A stretch of 64,000 bases of DNA from Bacillota bacterium (GTDB taxonomy: Bacteria; Bacillota; DTU025), in assembly GCA_050951805.1 (NCBI GenBank), contig JBMNJT010000002.1, positions 672,001 to 736,000 of the forward strand. The letters run 5' to 3'. The notes under the pieces were generated by a model. That model made no database searches. It worked only from the letters and a program-made list of their open reading frames with translations, and was not told the origin of the DNA. The position numbers and the translations under genes were made by a program. Positions 39,979-49,883 of this stretch are shown here, piece by piece (position 1 is the first letter of the stretch; each line of letters begins with the position of its first letter).

Positions 39979-42900
39979 ATGAAGAAACTCCTGGCCGTTC
40001 TCGTTGCCACCGCGATGATTGGCATCATTGCCATCCCGGTGTTGGCGAGTCCCTTCTCCGATTTGCCGGAGGAGTCGCACTGGGCACTTGACGCACTGAC
40101 GATGCTAGCAGCGTTGGGGATCGTCGAGGGCTACCCTGATGGATCATTCAAGGGAACACAGCCTGCGACAAGGTACGAAGTGGCCTTGATAGTGGCTAGG
40201 GCACTGGAATACCTCGACAAAGACATCAGGCAGATGTCCGAGAAAATGTTTGACCTTGAAGGCAGATTGGATGCTGGGGTTGTTCAGCAGGAAGCGAAAC
40301 CTGTTGTGGAACCAGAACCTGAAGCGGAACCTGTCTTGCAGCCTTCCGCGTCGCCCGATGCAACCATCCTAGAGCAGGTGATCTATGAGAAGATCGCTGC
40401 TATGTCTGATGAGCAGTGGGTGAATTTTGAGGAGAAGCTTTATGAGCTAGTTGCGCGGGTTGATGACCTCAGCGAGGATAACAAGGCTGAACATGCTAAG
40501 CTTTGGGAAGCTGTTGAGGCTCTTGAGGCTCTTAAAGAGGCGCGCACTACCACAGTGGTTGTGAGCGAGGGTGCCGATATCGGATTGGCTTTGGATAGTC
40601 AGAAAGCCGAAATTATGAAGGCGCTTAGCGATGCTGTCAATGCGGAGAAAGACGAACGCCAGAAGGCGATTGATGTCCTAGGCGCGTCGATGGATGCCGC
40701 CCTATCCGAGCAGAAGGGCGAGATCATGATGGCGTTGTATGATTCGCTCGAAGCTGCTAAGGATGAAGGAAGTCGTGAGATGGCAGAGCTGGAGGCCAAA
40801 CTCCAACTAGCTCTTGATGAGCAGAATGCCGCTTTGACTATGGCCTTCTATGATTCCCTTAAAGCTGCGGCTGAAGGCGATGAACAGGCGCTTCAGGGTC
40901 TGAGCGGTGCTTGGCAGCTGGCTCTGGATGAATATAACGCCGAGCTTACTATGGCCTTCTATGATTCTTTGAAGGCTTCCAAAGAAGAAACTGATCGCGC
41001 CATAGAGGATGTCCTGGCAAAGCTGGACGTGGCGCTCGCGGAGCAAAACGCCGAGCTCACCATGGCTTTCTATGATTCCATAGAGGCCGCCAAAGATGAG
41101 CAAGACCGCAAAATGGCTGCTATGGAGGCCGAGTTGCAGTTGGCTCTCGACGAGCAGAACGCCGAGCTCATGATGGCCTTCTACGATTCGATCCGCGCTG
41201 CACAGAATGACAACGCGGCTGATCTCGAGGCCTTGAAGGCCGAGTTGCAGTTGGCTCTCGACGAGCAGAACGCCGAGCTCATGATGGCTTTCTATGATTC
41301 CATAGAGGCCGCCAAAGATGAGCAAGACCGCAAAATGGCTGCTATGGAGGCCGAGTGGCAGTTGGCTCTCGACGAGCGGAACGCCGAGCTCATGATGGCC
41401 TTCTATGATTCGATCCGCGCTGCACAGAATGACAACGCGGCTGATCTCGAGGCCTTGAAGGCCGAGTGGCAGTTGGCTCTCGACGAGCAGAACGCCGAGC
41501 TCATGATGGCCTTCTATGATTCCATCCAAGCTCAACGAGAAGACATAATGGCCATGTTTGAGGATACGGAGTCCAGATTTGAGCTCGCGCTCGATGAACT
41601 CAGGGCCGAGCTGATGATGGCTTTCTATGATTCGGTTGAAGCTGAAGCCGATGAGAGAGCAAGAGCCATTGATGAGTTGGCAGAGGATTTCGATCTCAAG
41701 CTCATGGAGCTCCATGCCGAAGTCGCCATGGAGACCTATGATTCGGTCTTTGCGGCTCGAGAAGAGTGTCTGGCAGCGGTCGACGCCGTTGTGGCAACCA
41801 TCGATGCTCTGCAGGCTGAGTTCAGCCGGGAACTGGCTGCTCTTAACCTTCGCGTAGACGCGGTGGAGCGGGAATTGGCTGTAGTCCGCGGCATGGCTGA
41901 CCAGAACGCGAAGGATATTGCCGAAACATATCACAGGATAAAGACTGAAGACATAGCTCCGCTCGAGGAGCGCGTCGCCAAGCTTGAAGGCAAGGCGGCA
42001 GAGCATGATGAGAAGATCTCAGGGATCTGGGATGACCTGAACAGGTTCAGGTTTACTGGAACCAACACGGCGCAGTTCACAGATATTGATCTGCGCGGCG
42101 AAGGGTTCTATCAGGATCCCTGGAACCCGGCTGGCAAGACGTATGCTCCTACATCAGTTCTCCAGAACAAGCTCGAACTCGAGCTGAACATAGTTCCGGA
42201 AAAGGGCGTAAGCATTGATGTAGGGCTCAGCGCTGTAACTGACATTTTTGGCAAAGATGACAGTGAGGTTGGCCTCTTCGATGGGGGTCTCAATCTCGAT
42301 GTGACCACGCCGAGCGGCAATGCCAAGGTGCTCGCAGGCGATTTGGCCAGACCGAGGAACTTCACTAAGTATCAGATCAGCCGGAAGGTATTTGGGGATG
42401 CTGGTGTAGAGGGTCTCAGCCTCGATCTGACCACCGGGCCTTTTGTCACTACAGGAATGATTGCGAAGATCGAACCTGCTGAGTATGAGATGCAGTATGT
42501 GCTGGGCGGCGGAGCCAGCTACACATTGGGAAGCCTCAAGGTGGATGGCAGGCTGCTCAAGATAACTGATGATCCGGAGTCGGGGCTCGAAGCCGTTACG
42601 CCCAACGAGAGTGTTGCTGGCACAGGGTTTGCGCTGAAGCTCGGCGAAGGCTGGAAGCTTGACGGAGAGATCTCTTCTTGGAACAAGGATAACGAGGCCA
42701 CGGGCCTCTTGGCTCGCAACCTGCATGCAGCAGGCAAGGCTGGGGTTTTGAACCTCACAGGCTACTTCGAACAGGTTGACGATGGCTATGCTCCGAAGTA
42801 TTTGGGCACGGCCAGCAACGATCCTGACAGAGTGGTCGCCGACACGCGCAAAGCAGGCTTCGAAGTTAAGACTGACTCGCTCAACGGTCTCACCATCACC

Positions 42901-43644
42901 GGCAGTATCGATCGCGCAGGTGATGCGTGGTACGCCAGCAAGGATGTAGTGACTTACGCAACCGATGCCGAGTATGAAATGGAGCTTGGACCTATCGACG
43001 TCACCCTCAGGGGCGGGGTCGCTAAGGACCATAATGGCTATCCCACGGTGAATAACCCCAGGTTCGCCACTACGACTGATCTTGGGTTCGATGTGGCATT
43101 CAGCCCTCTGAAGGCAGGGTTCACCTGGGAACATGAAGTGGAAGCCAATGCAACTTCGTACATTGGCTATGCGGACTTGAACATGCCGCTTGCAGCTGAT
43201 ACGTTGGCCCTCAAGGGTAACTGGAAGCAGAGCTTCGGCAGCAATGAGTACTACACCTATGGCTTGGGCATTGATATGAAGATGCCGATCACCGAGAATG
43301 TCTCGACAATGGGCGGAACCATGTCTTATGGGAAGAGCAGTGGCATGGCCAGGGATAAGGATAACTACGCGAGATTCCTGGTGGGCGCAGACCTCGAATG
43401 GAAACTGCGGCCGGCGACTACCTTTACAGGGAAAGCCTCCTACGAGCTGCGCGACTACGAAAAGGATACGCAGCCTTCAGGCGAGTATCTACAGTACGGG
43501 TTGGCGCTCTCGCATGAGATCTACAAGTCCACTACGCTCAAGATGAACTACGACTTCAAGGACGTCTACTATTCGCCAAGGAACAACGAATTGACGAATT
43601 ACTCCGCGAGGATCATAGGCCTATCCTTGAAGACGGTATTCTAA
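39979..43644 (+). CDS. ompM: OmpM-like outer-membrane tether: signal peptide, SLH domain, very long coiled-coil stalk, C-terminal beta-barrel (1221 aa)
   Basis: PFSDLP..HWA...GIVEGYPDGSFKG..PATRYE SLH motif; amphipathic beta strands from ~aa 689; terminal Phe. Confidence 0.85.
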   Translation: MKKLLAVLVATAMIGIIAIPVLASPFSDLPEESHWALDALTMLAALGIVEGYPDGSFKGTQPATRYEVALIVARALEYLDKDIRQMSEKMFDLEGRLDAGVVQQEAKPVVEPEPEAEPVLQPSASPDATILEQVIYEKIAAMSDEQWVNFEEKLYELVARVDDLSEDNKAEHAKLWEAVEALEALKEARTTTVVVSEGADIGLALDSQKAEIMKALSDAVNAEKDERQKAIDVLGASMDAALSEQKGEIMMALYDSLEAAKDEGSREMAELEAKLQLALDEQNAALTMAFYDSLKAAAEGDEQALQGLSGAWQLALDEYNAELTMAFYDSLKASKEETDRAIEDVLAKLDVALAEQNAELTMAFYDSIEAAKDEQDRKMAAMEAELQLALDEQNAELMMAFYDSIRAAQNDNAADLEALKAELQLALDEQNAELMMAFYDSIEAAKDEQDRKMAAMEAEWQLALDERNAELMMAFYDSIRAAQNDNAADLEALKAEWQLALDEQNAELMMAFYDSIQAQREDIMAMFEDTESRFELALDELRAELMMAFYDSVEAEADERARAIDELAEDFDLKLMELHAEVAMETYDSVFAAREECLAAVDAVVATIDALQAEFSRELAALNLRVDAVERELAVVRGMADQNAKDIAETYHRIKTEDIAPLEERVAKLEGKAAEHDEKISGIWDDLNRFRFTGTNTAQFTDIDLRGEGFYQDPWNPAGKTYAPTSVLQNKLELELNIVPEKGVSIDVGLSAVTDIFGKDDSEVGLFDGGLNLDVTTPSGNAKVLAGDLARPRNFTKYQISRKVFGDAGVEGLSLDLTTGPFVTTGMIAKIEPAEYEMQYVLGGGASYTLGSLKVDGRLLKITDDPESGLEAVTPNESVAGTGFALKLGEGWKLDGEISSWNKDNEATGLLARNLHAAGKAGVLNLTGYFEQVDDGYAPKYLGTASNDPDRVVADTRKAGFEVKTDSLNGLTITGSIDRAGDAWYASKDVVTYATDAEYEMELGPIDVTLRGGVAKDHNGYPTVNNPRFATTTDLGFDVAFSPLKAGFTWEHEVEANATSYIGYADLNMPLAADTLALKGNWKQSFGSNEYYTYGLGIDMKMPITENVSTMGGTMSYGKSSGMARDKDNYARFLVGADLEWKLRPATTFTGKASYELRDYEKDTQPSGEYLQYGLALSHEIYKSTTLKMNYDFKDVYYSPRNNELTNYSARIIGLSLKTVF
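40585..41805 (+). repeat. Eleven tandem 111-bp (37-aa) coding repeats including a near-identical 222-bp duplication
   Basis: TTGGCTCTCGACGAG recurs at 41140, 41251, 41362 and 41473. Consensus core LALDEQNAELMMAFYDS. Confidence 0.95.
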
Positions 43645-43657
43645 GAATAGCCGTTGG

Positions 43658-43692
43658 ATGCCCCGGGGAGCGTATGTCCCCCGGGGCATTTT
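43658..43692 (+). terminator. Terminator after ompM-like gene
   Basis: ATGCCCCGGGG...CCCCGGGGCAT followed by TTT. Confidence 0.75.
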
Positions 43693-43710
43693 CATAGGAG
43701 GTGATGTGCT

Positions 43711-44112
43711 GTGGACGAGATAGTGCTTGCTGTAGACCCAGGGCGGGAGAAAGCAGGAATTGCAGTAGTATCACGGGAACGTGGGACGATGCATAAATGC
43801 GTGATAGAGGCGTCGGAATGTGTGGAGCAAGTGTGCGAGTTGGCCGAAAAACATGGCGTTGCGAGGATCGTGATTGGGGACAGGACTGGATCGAGTGAAA
43901 TAATAGAGGCGTTAGGACATGTTTGCGACCTGGAAATTATCGCCGTCGACGAGCACATGTCCTCTATGGAGGCGCGGGAACGCTATCTTCGAGAGAATCC
44001 TGGAAAGGGAATCGCTCGCTTTTTGCCGATCGGGCTGAGGACCCCGAAAGAACCTTATGACGATTATGTAGCCGAGATCCTTGCGGCTCGATATTTTGAC
44101 AGTGTATCATAG
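43711..44112 (+). CDS. YqgF/RuvX-like RNase H-fold nuclease
   Basis: VLAVDPGREKAGIA, IVIGDRTGS, VDEHMSS.EAR.RY. Confidence 0.88.
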   Translation: MDEIVLAVDPGREKAGIAVVSRERGTMHKCVIEASECVEQVCELAEKHGVARIVIGDRTGSSEIIEALGHVCDLEIIAVDEHMSSMEARERYLRENPGKGIARFLPIGLRTPKEPYDDYVAEILAARYFDSVS

Positions 44113-44194
44113 GAGAGGAATCGTAGGATTTGTGAAGAATATAGTACAAACTGCGGAGGATAGCGCAGTGTAGAGCAGAGGGGGCGAAAGAAGT

Positions 44195-45646
44195 ATGAGC
44201 AATCATTGTCGGGCTGGGAAGATACAGTGCTCTGCCTGTTTCATCCTTGCTTTATCCGTCTTCATTCTTGCGTTTTCTGCTCATACGATCGCCTCGTCGC
44301 CCCTGGTTCCTTCTGAGGACTGGAGATACAGAGCCCTTGCGGAACTGGGGCGCGGGGGGCTTCTGTACGAAGATGACGCTGCCCGATATGCGAGCGGTAT
44401 TCCCGTCACCGAAAAAGAGCTGTCTGCCAGTGTTGAAAGGACCATTTACCGGCTGAACCAGGCTAATGGCGATTCCACATCGGTAGTGGGCGCTACAGCT
44501 GGGCCTTTGAAACTTTCAGGCGGCCCGTCGGATACGCTGAGGCTATCAGCCAGGCAGATCTGTCTTGTTGCAGATCTCGTGGCGGAATTCGGATCGAGCT
44601 TCTCGGACCCGTCCCTGACGAGGCTTCCAGGAAGCCTTCCACTAGACTACGAGGACGGGCTGGCGCTCACGCTTCGCCACGCTACGCACGGAAATGCTGA
44701 GCTGCATGATATTCTCAAGCTAACGGCGAACACAGGCAGTGTTGGCTATCCTATCAGAACCATAGAAGCGGTCACAACGTTGGATAGCCTGGAGGCTATG
44801 CTTAAGCAGGCGGTTGCACATCAGGAGCCTCAGGCTCAAGCCAAGATGGAGATGGGAGTCAACAGCCCGATTGGAATGTTGGCGATCGGGCTGTCGAGTG
44901 AGGCCGCTCAACGTTCGACTGTGCCGGCCCGGGACTACTCCGAGCCCGCGACTGCTCAGGGTTTTGATTTGTCTACCAGCGTGCAGTTATCCGATATCCT
45001 TCGATTCACCGCAAGCTTTGCGACGGACGACAAGGCTGTTGAGAGGCCTACATCCACAGCGGTAGGAGTCTCCATAGGAGAGCAGGAGGGGTCCGGGGTG
45101 AGCGTTGGTCATAGGGTAACGGATCTTGCCGGCCCTGCCCCGAATAGTTTGCGCGAGACTATCACATCGGTAGATGTGAAGTATTCGCTTCCCGATGCCG
45201 GCGGGAAGGCTTCAGGGCCTGATTCTTTGACCGTGAGGGCTGGCTACGAGCTCTATGGCAGAGAGCCTATCACGCTTGATGGTGAGAAGAATAGCTTGCA
45301 GGCGACTACTTCTTTGGCCATCGATTACAGGCTGCTTTTCGGGGAGGCTGCATCACTACAGGCAGCGTACAGGTACGAACATGTTCGCGACCTTGTTGCA
45401 TCCGGAGCAGTGTGGGCGAGAGATGGCCTGTACGAGACGAGTCTGTATGGTTGGCCTAGTGAAGGCTCATTGAAGCTTGTTGAGGGTTCTGACGCCGTAA
45501 CTCGCACTGTGGCGTCGATCGACTTCAGCTATAGGTTGATGAATGACGCTTCGGTCATGTTAGGCTACAAGCTGATCGATTTTACTGAGATAAATGCCCT
45601 CGATCCCAAGAACATGGCGACGGCCGAAGTCACCATCAGATTCTAA
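44195..45646 (+). CDS. Putative outer-membrane beta-barrel with degenerate SLH-like N-terminus
   Basis: Signal peptide; VPSEDWRYRALAELGRGGLL; C-terminal alternating strands ending AEVTIRF. Confidence 0.65.
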   Translation: MSNHCRAGKIQCSACFILALSVFILAFSAHTIASSPLVPSEDWRYRALAELGRGGLLYEDDAARYASGIPVTEKELSASVERTIYRLNQANGDSTSVVGATAGPLKLSGGPSDTLRLSARQICLVADLVAEFGSSFSDPSLTRLPGSLPLDYEDGLALTLRHATHGNAELHDILKLTANTGSVGYPIRTIEAVTTLDSLEAMLKQAVAHQEPQAQAKMEMGVNSPIGMLAIGLSSEAAQRSTVPARDYSEPATAQGFDLSTSVQLSDILRFTASFATDDKAVERPTSTAVGVSIGEQEGSGVSVGHRVTDLAGPAPNSLRETITSVDVKYSLPDAGGKASGPDSLTVRAGYELYGREPITLDGEKNSLQATTSLAIDYRLLFGEAASLQAAYRYEHVRDLVASGAVWARDGLYETSLYGWPSEGSLKLVEGSDAVTRTVASIDFSYRLMNDASVMLGYKLIDFTEINALDPKNMATAEVTIRF

Positions 45647-45683
45647 AGAGTCTTTCATCGTACCAGTAAGGGGAGGTAGCTCA

Positions 45684-46616
45684 ATGAGAATGTCGAAGGC
45701 TCAAGTCGTAACCATGATTGTATTATGTGTGGTGCTATGTCTTGGCGGGGGTTATGCCGTAGGCAATTCAAGTCCTGTGGAGCGCCTTATCGGCATGGAA
45801 CGGCTCCTATACGGCGGGCCTCAAGAGGGGCCTGTGGTTGCGCGCCTTGAGTCCATCGAACGTGCGATATTTGGAGAGGTTGGCCCTGGGACGCTTCCGG
45901 AAAGGCTGGACAGGTGCTGGAATTTCGTGCAAGGCGACCGAGCAGGCAGCATGAACTTGAAGTTCAAGTTGAAGGCCGTGCAGTGGACGATGTACGGACG
46001 GATTACTGATGGCGCGATAGTGCCCATGCTAGAAAACATAGAATCGAACCTCATCGGGCAGCCGCAAACAGGATCTATAGGAAGCCGGCTTGATTCGCTT
46101 ATGCAGCTTACGATTCCTTCCGGAAGGCCGAATGTGGATTATGCGCTGTTGCCCAAGGGATCTCTTGTGAAGACAAAGCTTGTGACGGCGATCAGCTCTG
46201 TCAAGTCGAGGCCGGGAGATGTGGTCAGATTTGAGGTAGTCGACGATGTAATATTCGAGGGCAGACTTCTGATGCCGGCAGGCTCATTGCTCGATGCTAT
46301 AATCGTCGAGACCGTGCGTCCAACGAAGATAGGCGTAAGGGCCAGGGTAGATATGGAGCTCTACCCCGCTGAGGGAATGGACTGTTCTCCTGTCACTCTT
46401 GGAGTGGACCAAGCGGCGATAGGCGCTAACTCCAACATGACTGTGGTTGCGGGAGACGGATTGCGCAGGTTCTCGGTGGTGGGCAAAGAAGGCGCGCTGG
46501 GCGGAGTCTTGAGTCAAAACCCTGAACTTGAGTTGCCTGTAGGTGCAGAGTGTTTCTTCTCTGTGATGCAGACAGCTAAGATTCTGGGGCTGGCTGTTCC
46601 AGATGCCAGGAGATAA
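45684..46616 (+). CDS. Conserved hypothetical exported protein
   Basis: Signal peptide, repeated RL..E..LYG/IFG helical motif, C-terminal beta domain. ATG after GGGAGG. Confidence 0.75.
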   Translation: MRMSKAQVVTMIVLCVVLCLGGGYAVGNSSPVERLIGMERLLYGGPQEGPVVARLESIERAIFGEVGPGTLPERLDRCWNFVQGDRAGSMNLKFKLKAVQWTMYGRITDGAIVPMLENIESNLIGQPQTGSIGSRLDSLMQLTIPSGRPNVDYALLPKGSLVKTKLVTAISSVKSRPGDVVRFEVVDDVIFEGRLLMPAGSLLDAIIVETVRPTKIGVRARVDMELYPAEGMDCSPVTLGVDQAAIGANSNMTVVAGDGLRRFSVVGKEGALGGVLSQNPELELPVGAECFFSVMQTAKILGLAVPDARR

Positions 46617-46639
46617 GGCCAAAGGCTGATGGTATAATG

Positions 46640-46688
46640 AGGCTGGAGTTCCTATGCTGAGGCATGCAGACCGGGAACTCCAGCCTTT
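46640..46688 (+). terminator. Hairpin ending the envelope cluster
   Basis: 13-bp perfect stem AGGCTGGAGTTCC...GGAACTCCAGCCT followed by TT. Confidence 0.5.
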
Positions 46689-46714
46689 AGAATGACTTGC
46701 GAAAAGGATGGAGA

Positions 46715-48478
46715 GATGGTGTAACTTTAGAGTAGGACGGGGAGAGGGAACGGGTTAGCGACGAAGAAGAGAGACCACAAAGTCCTGGAAGACGTTCCTG
46801 AGCGGGACGTCGCGGTGAAGTAATCCACCATCCAGCGCCCAGAAAGGTGGTCTCTCTATGGAAGAGTTTATTCGTCGTGTTATGGATGCATTCCTGCAAG
46901 GGGTAGAGGATGTTGTAGCCGCTTTGTGTAAGGGGATGTCTGCTCCGGAGGCGGAAATGATGATCAAGGAACGTTGCGACAACCTTGCGGCAGTAATGTA
47001 TTCGGAATACCTGGAAGAAGTGGACAGGCAGGTGCGTAAGGACTTAGAGAACCGTAAGGGCTGGGTTGTGAACAAAAGAAGAGACAGCCGTTCAATCTTG
47101 AGCATCATGGGAAACGTTGAATATGAACGAACTTACTACCACAACGAAGGGACAGGCGAGTACCGGCACTTGTCAGATGATGTATGCGGGATAACGCCCC
47201 ATGCACGCATTACGCCACTCTTCAGAGCGAACCTTGTGGAGAACTCATGTGATATGTCGTATGGAAAGGCGGGCGAACTCACGGGAAGGTGCGCAGTAAG
47301 CGATCAAACTGTTATGAATTCGCTGAAGAAGCTCAAATTGGATCTGCCGACAAGTAATGACGGTGCACCAGCCCAAGAGAAGCGGAAGGTTAAGAAGCTG
47401 TATATCGAGGCCGACGAAGATCATCTCAGCGGGAATAGGAATAAGCGAATGCGGTTAGAACCGAAGCTTGTATACGTTCATGAGGGCCGAAAGAGGGTTG
47501 GACGTGGCCGCACCGAGCTGGTGCACGCGAAATACTTTGGAGGAATGTACAAGGACCCTGAGGAGCTCTGGTGGGAAGTATACTGGTACATAGAGCAGAC
47601 TTATGATATCGACTCCATAGAGATAATCTTCGTCACTGGGGATGGAGCCAACTGGATAACGTTTGGGGCCGAATTCATGGTGAATGGGGTGCGCTTGCCT
47701 GACCTGTTCCATCTACGCAAATACATTGTAGCTGCTTGTCATGGCGATAAAAAACTGATGAGCAAGCTATGGAAGGCAGTAGATTCAGCAGAGCGCAGCA
47801 AAACCTTCGAGATTCTGGATGAAGCGGGATCCACCACGGTAACTAAGGGTCAGGCAAAATCCGTTGAGAGATGCCGCACTTACATATCGAACATGTGGGG
47901 CGCAATCGAAAACCGGCGGAGGTATTACCAGGAAGCAGTAGGTTGCAGCGCAGAAGGCCATGTAAGCCACATCTATTCGGATCGCATGTCCAGCCGCCCG
48001 ATGTCATGGTCCGAGGAAGGGGCCAACATCATGGCCAAGCTGCGAGTGAAAAAGGCCAACGGCGAATCTGTAAGTGCCTACGCCTTACCCAGCACAGCTC
48101 CCCGATTTGGGAGTATTAAGATCGACCAGGGTAAAGCTCAACAGCTATGCTCGGAGGCAAAGGCTATGGTTAGAACTAGCGGGAAGTGTCTGTGCAACCA
48201 GTTGGGCAATGTGCCAGTCCTAAAGGGCAACGCCAGCTTTACTGCGCGGGTATTCAGGGAACTTCGGGATTCTATAGCCATATGATATGGGTCCGTTGTT
48301 GACGGCCATTGTGATTTTCCCGAGGGGGAATACGCTACTTCGCATCACTCATATGCAACCAGCATCAAACAATAGCGCTGGATAAAACAAGCTTATACGG
48401 TTCTAATGACAGAGTCGGCATACCGGGATTAGCCAATGGTCTCTTAGCTGTTCTTTCCTACAGTAGGTTGACGCCGTC
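46715..48478 (+). mobile_element. Intact ISLre2-family insertion sequence, 1764 bp
   Basis: 9-bp direct repeat GGATGGAGA at 46706-46714 and 48479-48487; imperfect 23-bp terminal inverted repeats (15/23). Confidence 0.9.
46858..48285 (+). CDS. ISLre2-family (UPF0236) transposase
   Basis: LYIEADEDH, GDGANWI, DLFHL, GCSAEGHVSH...RMSSRPMSWS. Confidence 0.93.
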   Translation: MEEFIRRVMDAFLQGVEDVVAALCKGMSAPEAEMMIKERCDNLAAVMYSEYLEEVDRQVRKDLENRKGWVVNKRRDSRSILSIMGNVEYERTYYHNEGTGEYRHLSDDVCGITPHARITPLFRANLVENSCDMSYGKAGELTGRCAVSDQTVMNSLKKLKLDLPTSNDGAPAQEKRKVKKLYIEADEDHLSGNRNKRMRLEPKLVYVHEGRKRVGRGRTELVHAKYFGGMYKDPEELWWEVYWYIEQTYDIDSIEIIFVTGDGANWITFGAEFMVNGVRLPDLFHLRKYIVAACHGDKKLMSKLWKAVDSAERSKTFEILDEAGSTTVTKGQAKSVERCRTYISNMWGAIENRRRYYQEAVGCSAEGHVSHIYSDRMSSRPMSWSEEGANIMAKLRVKKANGESVSAYALPSTAPRFGSIKIDQGKAQQLCSEAKAMVRTSGKCLCNQLGNVPVLKGNASFTARVFRELRDSIAI

Positions 48479-48597
48479 GGATGGAGAAGCGTCAGTTTCC
48501 TTGCTAGGCTAAAGTATGGTAAGATGCTGTAGGGCCGGTCAGCGTCATGCCAGCGTTTGCGCTACCTGGCCATGCATCATTGTTGGAGGGTTTGCTG

Positions 48598-49797
48598 GTG
48601 AGCGAGAAACGTCTTTTTACATCAGAATCAGTTACTGAAGGCCACCCGGATAAGGTTTGCGACCAGATCGCTGATGCTGTTCTCGACGCTATCCTCGAGA
48701 AGGATCCCTGGGCCAGAGTGGCCTGCGAGGTATGCGCTACCACAGGTCTTGTATTGGTTATGGGCGAGATAAGTTGCCACTGCTACGTGGAGATACCCGA
48801 GATTACACGGGAAACGATACGCGATATCGGGTACACCAGAGCAAAATTCGGATTTGACGGTGATACGTGTGCGGTCATTACGTCCATAGACCAGCAATCG
48901 CCGGATATCAGTCTTGGTGTTGACAGGGCGCTCGAGGTTAGAAGCTCGTGTGGGGGCGGCACACGAGGTGCGGATGAATGCGACCTAATTGGCGCTGGGG
49001 ACCAGGGTATGGTCTTCGGTTATGCCTCGCGCGAAACTGACGAGCTCATGCCTCTTCCCATAACTTTGTCGCACAACCTTGCCAGGCGGCTTGCTGAGAT
49101 CAGAAAGACCGGTGTAGTTGATTACCTAAGGCCGGATGGAAAAACACAGGTTACTGTGGAATACGAAAACGGGAGGCCGGTTCGGATCGATACGATCATA
49201 GTATCGGCTCAGCATGATGATGAGGTTTCCCAGGAAACGCTGACTTCCGGAATTATTGAATATGTTATAAAGCCCGTAATCCCAAGTGACCTGATGGATG
49301 CCGATACCCGGATCTTAGTAAATCCTACAGGCCGGTTCGAAAAGGGAGGACCATCTGCTGACTCGGGTCTCACTGGAAGGAAATTGATTGTTGATACGTA
49401 TGGCGGCATGGCAAGGCATGGGGGAGGCGCTCTGTCAGGCAAGGACCCCACCAAGGTGGACAGGTCTGCAGCTTATGCCGCGAGGCATGTGGCAAAGAAC
49501 CTCGTTGCCGCGGGTGTGGCCGACAAATGTGAGGTTCAGATTGCCTATGCGATAGGAGTCGCCCGCCCTGTATCGATTTCGGTGGACACTTATGGAACGG
49601 GTGCTATCCCAGATGAAAGGATAACCAGGATAGTGCGTGAGGTCTTTGACCTTCGACCTGAGGCGATAATACGCAAATTCGATCTGCGTCGCCCTATATA
49701 CAGGCAGGTTTCCGTATATGGCCACTTCGGAAGGCCCGACCTCGATCTGCCTTGGGAGGCGTTGGACATGGTTGAAGAGGTGCGTAAGCGCATGTAA
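48598..49797 (+). CDS. metK: S-adenosylmethionine synthetase
   Basis: [31 protein letters not shown] start after GGAGG. Confidence 0.98.
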   Translation: MSEKRLFTSESVTEGHPDKVCDQIADAVLDAILEKDPWARVACEVCATTGLVLVMGEISCHCYVEIPEITRETIRDIGYTRAKFGFDGDTCAVITSIDQQSPDISLGVDRALEVRSSCGGGTRGADECDLIGAGDQGMVFGYASRETDELMPLPITLSHNLARRLAEIRKTGVVDYLRPDGKTQVTVEYENGRPVRIDTIIVSAQHDDEVSQETLTSGIIEYVIKPVIPSDLMDADTRILVNPTGRFEKGGPSADSGLTGRKLIVDTYGGMARHGGGALSGKDPTKVDRSAAYAARHVAKNLVAAGVADKCEVQIAYAIGVARPVSISVDTYGTGAIPDERITRIVREVFDLRPEAIIRKFDLRRPIYRQVSVYGHFGRPDLDLPWEALDMVEEVRKRM

Positions 49798-49883
49798 GGC
49801 ATGCGCCTGCAATATTCGGTCACGACTGGGGGGCATGAGCGCTCCCCAGTCGTGGTATTGGCACCGTGGTGAGGTGAACGAAG

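Noticed and set aside
40585-41805. Regularly spaced repeats as a possible CRISPR array
   Set aside because: The period is 111 bp, in frame within a CDS, the intervening segments are themselves repeated, and no cas genes are present.
40807-42006. 399-aa minus-strand ORF
   Set aside because: Antisense shadow of the repetitive ompM stalk; no independent motifs.
42154-43134. 326-aa minus-strand ORF
   Set aside because: Lies wholly antisense to the ompM barrel domain; no recognisable family.
46695-48510. SMK-box (SAM-III)-like words (CGAAAAGGATGG...CAGTTTCCTTG) across the reconstructed IS empty site
   Set aside because: No anti-SD/SD pairing, and the metK start is ~90 nt away, whereas SAM-III must include the SD; likely coincidental.
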